Positions 59,848-64,000 of a stretch of DNA of 64,000 bases are shown one piece after another (the first letter of the stretch is position 1; each line of letters begins with the position of its first letter). The notes beneath the pieces were generated by a model. It worked only from the letters and a program-made list of their open reading frames with translations, did no database searches and was not told the origin of the DNA. The translations under genes and the position numbers were made by a program. The stretch spans positions 928,001 to 992,000 of the forward strand of contig CAWFFU010000003.1 of the NCBI GenBank assembly GCA_963815215.1, written 5' to 3'. This stretch comes from an uncultured Trueperaceae bacterium. Lineage in GTDB: Bacteria; Deinococcota; Deinococci; Deinococcales; Trueperaceae.

Positions 59848-61428
59848 ATGCGACCGAGCTGGGTCAGCACCGCTCTAGGCGTCACCGCTTCGGCCTTCCT
59901 GGCGCTGTTCTTCCTGTTGCCGCTGGTCACCATCCTCGCCCGAAGCGCGGGCGACGGGAGCGCGCTGGCCAGCGTGGCATCGAATCCCTACTACTGGCAG
60001 CGCCTGGGCTTCACCACCGGCGAGGCGCTGCTGTCCACAGCGTTGACGGTGGCACTGGGGCTCCCGGGCGCGCTGCTGTTCGCGCGCTTCGACTTCACCG
60101 GCAAGCGCCTGTTGACGGCTGCCTTCACCATCCCCTTCGTCATGCCGACGGTGGTCGCCGGCATCGGCTTCCTCGCCCTGTTCGGACCGCGCGGCCTGAC
60201 CGGCATCGATCTGCGTGGGACGCTGCTGCTGGTGCTGCTCGCTCACGTGTTCTACAACTACGCCATCGTGGTCCGGGTCGTCGGCGGCTTCCTCGAGGGT
60301 GCGGCCCCGCGCCTGCTGGAAGCGGCGAGCACGCTGGGGGCCGGGGCGTGGCGCGGGACGCTGCGCGTCAGCCTGCCGCTGGCCCGGCCGGCGCTGCTGG
60401 CGGCGGCCACGCTGGTGTTCCTGTTCTGCTTCACCAGCTTCGGCGTCATCCTCATCCTGGCGCCGTCGCCCCGGCTCGCCACCCTCGAGGTGGAGATCTA
60501 CCAGCTCACCGCGCACCTGCTCGAGCTGGGTCCGGCGGCCGTGCTGGTCGTTGCTCAGCTCGTGGTGGTCGGCGCCATCACGCTGCTCTACACGCGCATG
60601 CAGGCGCGCGTTGCGGTGGCGCTGCCGGCACGCGCCCAGACGTTGCCCCGGCCGCGGGGCGCCGGCCGTTGGCTGCTCATCGTGAACCTGCTGGTGGCCG
60701 GCGTCCTGATCCTCGCCCCCCTCGTCGCCCTGGCGGTGCAGGCGCTGCAAGGGGCGAACGGGACCTTCCCATCGCTCGACAACCTGCTGGGCGCAGCCCG
60801 TAGCAGCAGCGTGCTGGGCTTCGCCACGCTCGGCACCGCGCTGCGCAACTCGCTGGCGTTCGCCACTGCCAGCACGGTCCTGGCCCTCGGCATCGGGTTC
60901 GCCTTCGCCTACGCCGTCGCACGCGGGCGCTGGCACGCCCTCGACCAGCTCAGCCTGCTGCCGCTGGCCACCAGCCCGGTGACGCTGGGCTTCGGCTACC
61001 TGCTGGCGTTCCCGTTGCTGGTCACCCACCCCTGGGGCATCCCCATCGCGCACGCCCTGATCGCGTTCCCGTTCGTGGCGCGCTCGCTGCTCCCGGCGTT
61101 GCGCGGCCTCGATCCGGCGCTGGCCGCCGCCGCCGCCACGCTGGGCGCGGGGCCGGCACGCATCCTGCGCCGCGTCGAGCTGCCACAGCTCGGTCCCGCC
61201 CTGCTCACGGCCGCCAGCTTCGCCTTCGCCGTGTCGATGGGCGAGTTCGGCGCCACCCTGCTGCTGGTACGCCCGGAGTACGCCACTCTTCCGATCGCCA
61301 TCTACAACCGGTTGGGGCGGCCGGGCCCACAGCACTACGGCGCCGCCCTGGCCCTGGCCCTGGTGCTGATGCTGGTCACCGGCGCGGTCATGATGCTCCT
61401 TCAGCGACGCGGCCGGAGCGAGTTCTGA
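59848..61428 (+). CDS. thiP: Thiamine ABC transporter permease
   Basis: Two permease repeats: PFVMPTVV, AHVFYN, EAASTLGA, SMGEFGAT. Confidence 0.88.
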   Translation: MRPSWVSTALGVTASAFLALFFLLPLVTILARSAGDGSALASVASNPYYWQRLGFTTGEALLSTALTVALGLPGALLFARFDFTGKRLLTAAFTIPFVMPTVVAGIGFLALFGPRGLTGIDLRGTLLLVLLAHVFYNYAIVVRVVGGFLEGAAPRLLEAASTLGAGAWRGTLRVSLPLARPALLAAATLVFLFCFTSFGVILILAPSPRLATLEVEIYQLTAHLLELGPAAVLVVAQLVVVGAITLLYTRMQARVAVALPARAQTLPRPRGAGRWLLIVNLLVAGVLILAPLVALAVQALQGANGTFPSLDNLLGAARSSSVLGFATLGTALRNSLAFATASTVLALGIGFAFAYAVARGRWHALDQLSLLPLATSPVTLGFGYLLAFPLLVTHPWGIPIAHALIAFPFVARSLLPALRGLDPALAAAAATLGAGPARILRRVELPQLGPALLTAASFAFAVSMGEFGATLLLVRPEYATLPIAIYNRLGRPGPQHYGAALALALVLMLVTGAVMMLLQRRGRSEF

Positions 61429-61481
61429 CGGGGCCCCGGGGCGGACCGCCACGGCCACGGCGGTATGATGCGTCGCGTCCC

Positions 61482-62522
61482 ATGAGCCTCCTTCTGAGCG
61501 AGCTCCAGAAGCACTACGGCGCCACCCGTGCCGTGGACGGCGTCAGCCTGGAGCTCGGCGAGCGGGAGACCCTGGCGCTGCTGGGGCCGAGTGGGTGCGG
61601 CAAGAGCACGCTGCTGAGGCTGGTGGCGGGGCTCGAGCCGCCCGACGCCGGACGCATCGTCCTGGACGGTGAGGACATCACGTCCCTCCCTCCGCAGCGT
61701 CGCCGCTTCGGCATGGTGTTCCAGGACTACGCCCTGTTCCCCCATCTGAACGTGGAGCGCAACGTGGCGTTCGGCCTGGTGGAGCTGCGTTGGAGCCAGG
61801 ACGATCAGCGCGCGCGAGTCGCGGAGCTGCTCGACCTGGTCGGCCTGTCCGGATTGCAGGACCGCCGCGTGCAACAGCTCTCGGGCGGCCAGCAGCAGCG
61901 GGTGGCGCTGGCGCGAGCGCTGGCGCCGCGGCCCGAGGTGCTGCTGCTCGACGAGCCGCTGTCCAACCTCGACCAGAGCCTGCGCGAGTCCCTCAAGGAG
62001 GAGCTCCGGAACCTCCTGGCGCGCCTGCCCGTGCGCGCCATCTACGTCACCCACGATCAGTCCGAGGCCTTCGCGATCGCCGGTCGGGTGGCCATCATGC
62101 GCGACGGCCGCATCGCCCAGGTGGGCACCCGCGAAGAGGTACTGGAACGGCCACGCAGCGCCTGGTCGGCGCGCTTCCTGGGACACCGCAACCTCTACGA
62201 TGGGGCCGCTCTGACCGCGGTACCCGGTGCCCCGGCCGCCGCCGATCCCGTCCTGCTGCGCGCGGATATGGTGACGTTGCTGGCGCCCGCAGCAGCGGAC
62301 GCCGCGACCGACGCCGGCGGCGGCGCGACCGTGGCCGGCGCCACGATCCGCCGTGCCCGCCGCGACGGGCTGCGCTGGCAGCTCGAGCTCGACGTGCCCT
62401 CCTGGTCGCTCGAGCTCGCCTGGGAGGGGTTCGCGCGGGAGCTGCGCGAGGCCCCCCGCGAAGGCGCTGCTCTGCGGGTGCGGGTACCGACGGCGGCATG
62501 GGTGAGGCTGGCGGAGCGATGA
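61482..62522 (+). CDS. thiQ: ABC transporter ATP-binding protein (thiamine)
   Basis: GPSGCGKS, LSGGQQQR, LLLDEP; context. Confidence 0.85.
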   Translation: MSLLLSELQKHYGATRAVDGVSLELGERETLALLGPSGCGKSTLLRLVAGLEPPDAGRIVLDGEDITSLPPQRRRFGMVFQDYALFPHLNVERNVAFGLVELRWSQDDQRARVAELLDLVGLSGLQDRRVQQLSGGQQQRVALARALAPRPEVLLLDEPLSNLDQSLRESLKEELRNLLARLPVRAIYVTHDQSEAFAIAGRVAIMRDGRIAQVGTREEVLERPRSAWSARFLGHRNLYDGAALTAVPGAPAAADPVLLRADMVTLLAPAAADAATDAGGGATVAGATIRRARRDGLRWQLELDVPSWSLELAWEGFARELREAPREGAALRVRVPTAAWVRLAER

Positions 62523-63205
62523 GCGGCGGCCCGGGAACGACGGATCCGGTTGCGGCGCGGCGGGTAGCGGCGGTGCTGGCGGGCGGGCCGGCACAGGCCG
62601 ACGCGCGTCTGCGGAGCGCGCTGCACGAGGCCGACCTGATCGTGGCCGCCGACGGCGGCATGGTCCTGGCCGAGGAGCTGGGCGTCCACGTCGACCTATG
62701 GGTGGGCGACTTCGACAGCGCCACGCCCGAGCAGCGGCGCCGCCACGCCGAGGTGGCCAGGCTCGAGTACCCCAGGGACAAGGACGAGCTCGACCTGGAG
62801 CTGGCCATCGCCGTGGCGCAGGAGCGCGGCGCCACCGAACTGATCCTGGCTGGCGTCTTCGACGGCCGCCTGGATCAGACGCTGGCCGCGCTCCTGATCG
62901 CCGCCCGCCTGCGCGAGGACGGCCTGCGCGTCCACCTGTACGGCGGCGTGCACGAAGCCCGGCTGCTGACCGCCGGGGACGAGTCGGCGCTGGAACTTCC
63001 GAAGGGCACCCTGTTCAGCCTGCTCAGCTTGTGCGGCGAGGCCCGTGTCGACCTACGTGGTGCCCGCTTTCCGCTCGAGGACGCTGCGCTCCCGTTCGGG
63101 GTCGGGCTGGGACTGTCGAACCGGGCGGAGGACGGCACGACCGTGACGGTACACTCGGGGACGGTGGCCGTCATCGTCGAGTGGGGCGAGGAGGCATCGG
63201 CATGA
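62519..63205 (+). CDS. thiN: Thiamine diphosphokinase
   Basis: AADGG, VGDFDS, KDELDLELA, GRLDQ, GLSN. Confidence 0.9.
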   Translation: MSGGPGTTDPVAARRVAAVLAGGPAQADARLRSALHEADLIVAADGGMVLAEELGVHVDLWVGDFDSATPEQRRRHAEVARLEYPRDKDELDLELAIAVAQERGATELILAGVFDGRLDQTLAALLIAARLREDGLRVHLYGGVHEARLLTAGDESALELPKGTLFSLLSLCGEARVDLRGARFPLEDAALPFGVGLGLSNRAEDGTTVTVHSGTVAVIVEWGEEASA

Positions 63206-63585
63206 GCGACGACGAGCACGAGATCTCGGCCCGCGCGCGCATCTGGGGCAAAGACGCCGCGGCCATCGAGGCCAAGCTGGTCGAGGCCGACCCCGACCTG
63301 GCGGCGTTGATCATGCGGGTGGCCTACGACGAGGTGTTCGAGCGCCCGCAGCTCGATCTGCGCACCCGCGAGTTGCTGGCGGTGGCGCTGCTCAGCGCGC
63401 TCGGGGCCGAACGGGAGCTGCCCACCCACCTGCGGGGCGCGCTCCGCTGCGGGGCCAGCGTGGCCGAGGTGCGCGAGACCGTCCTGCAAGTGGCCATGTT
63501 CGCCGGCTTCCCCCGTGCGCTGGCAGCGATGCGGGTGCTGGCGCGGCACCTGGGCGACGCCGAGGACGCGGACGCGTCCGGCTAG
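63202..63585 (+). CDS. Carboxymuconolactone decarboxylase/AhpD family protein
   Basis: RPQLDLRTREL, HLRGAL..G, AGFPRA. Confidence 0.85.
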   Translation: MSDDEHEISARARIWGKDAAAIEAKLVEADPDLAALIMRVAYDEVFERPQLDLRTRELLAVALLSALGAERELPTHLRGALRCGASVAEVRETVLQVAMFAGFPRALAAMRVLARHLGDAEDADASG

Positions 63586-63587
63586 CG

Positions 63588-63752
63588 TGCGGCCACGACG
63601 CCGTCCACCGGGTCCGACACCTGCTCGCGGACGCCGATGAGGGGAGAGCGATGACCGACCACAACCTGCAACTGGCGCGCCGCCACTACGGGCTGGACAC
63701 CCTGCGGCAGGTCACCGCCGAAGCCCTGTCACAATTGGGGGTCTCGCCGTGA
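63588..63752 (+). pseudogene. Probable C-terminal remnant of a GT4 glycosyltransferase
   Basis: DAVHRVRHLLADADEGRAMTDHNLQLARRHYGLDTLR...* resembles GT-B terminal helices; no N-terminal part. Confidence 0.45.
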
Positions 63753-64000
63753 CCCCCGTTCCGCTGGCAGCGGCCGCGCATCGCCACCTCCGAACGCTCT
63801 ACGGCGAGGAGCGCGGCACCGCCTTGGCCGGCCTGCTCGAAGACGAGGCCGCCACCTTCCGCGCCGCCCATCCTCGCCCAGGCACGCCGCCCGAGGCGCG
63901 ACTGAGCGAGGACGACGTGCTCCTGATCGCCTACCCCGACCAGGTACGCGCCGCCGGAGAGCCTCCGCTGCGTAGCCTCGGCCGGCTGCTGGGCGGCCCC
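63749..64000 (+). CDS. Sugar phosphorylase (GH13_18, glucosylglycerate/sucrose phosphorylase-like), 3' end outside the window
   Basis: HLRTLYG...LSEDDVLLIAYPDQVRAAGEPPLRSL resembles the LITYGD N-terminal motif; not in the ORF track. Confidence 0.7.
   Translation, partial: MTPVPLAAAAHRHLRTLYGEERGTALAGLLEDEAATFRAAHPRPGTPPEARLSEDDVLLIAYPDQVRAAGEPPLRSLGRLLGGP

Noticed and set aside
59360..59850. thiB-thiP gap as 6S RNA or a c-di-AMP riboswitch
   Set aside because: Consensus motifs not found; a minus-strand promoter-SD-ORF-terminator unit explains it better

Overview
High-GC chromosomal window with about 65 mostly housekeeping genes. Gene content and promoter style suggest Deinococcota, possibly Trueperaceae-like (inference). 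Core genes include alr, murE, pdp, moeB, initiator tRNA-Met, era, mfd, rsmI, acnA, trxA, mqnC, mreB, slyD, mutS2, pta and a TPP-riboswitch-controlled thiamine uptake and salvage cluster. I see no CRISPR array, prophage, integrase or intact transposase. Points of interest: (1) a 1065-aa HTH-STAND NTPase-TPR protein with a degenerate Walker B, placed 13 nt upstream of an acuA-acuB-acuC acetylation/deacetylation operon; (2) a compact Crp/Fnr-ferredoxin-DUF2249-cupin-YwiC-membrane protein module with its own FNR-like box; (3) an unannotated 46-aa Arg-rich gene with its own promoter, SD and terminator, lying antisense between thiB and thiP; (4) an unexplained structured intergenic element near 35.1-35.3 kb; (5) a frameshifted gene and two cryptic gene remnants (GNAT and GT4); (6) several recognisable operators (CsoR-type, HAIR, CRP-like, Lrp-like) and many probably leaderless genes. 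All protein calls come from motif recognition by eye; no database searches were run.
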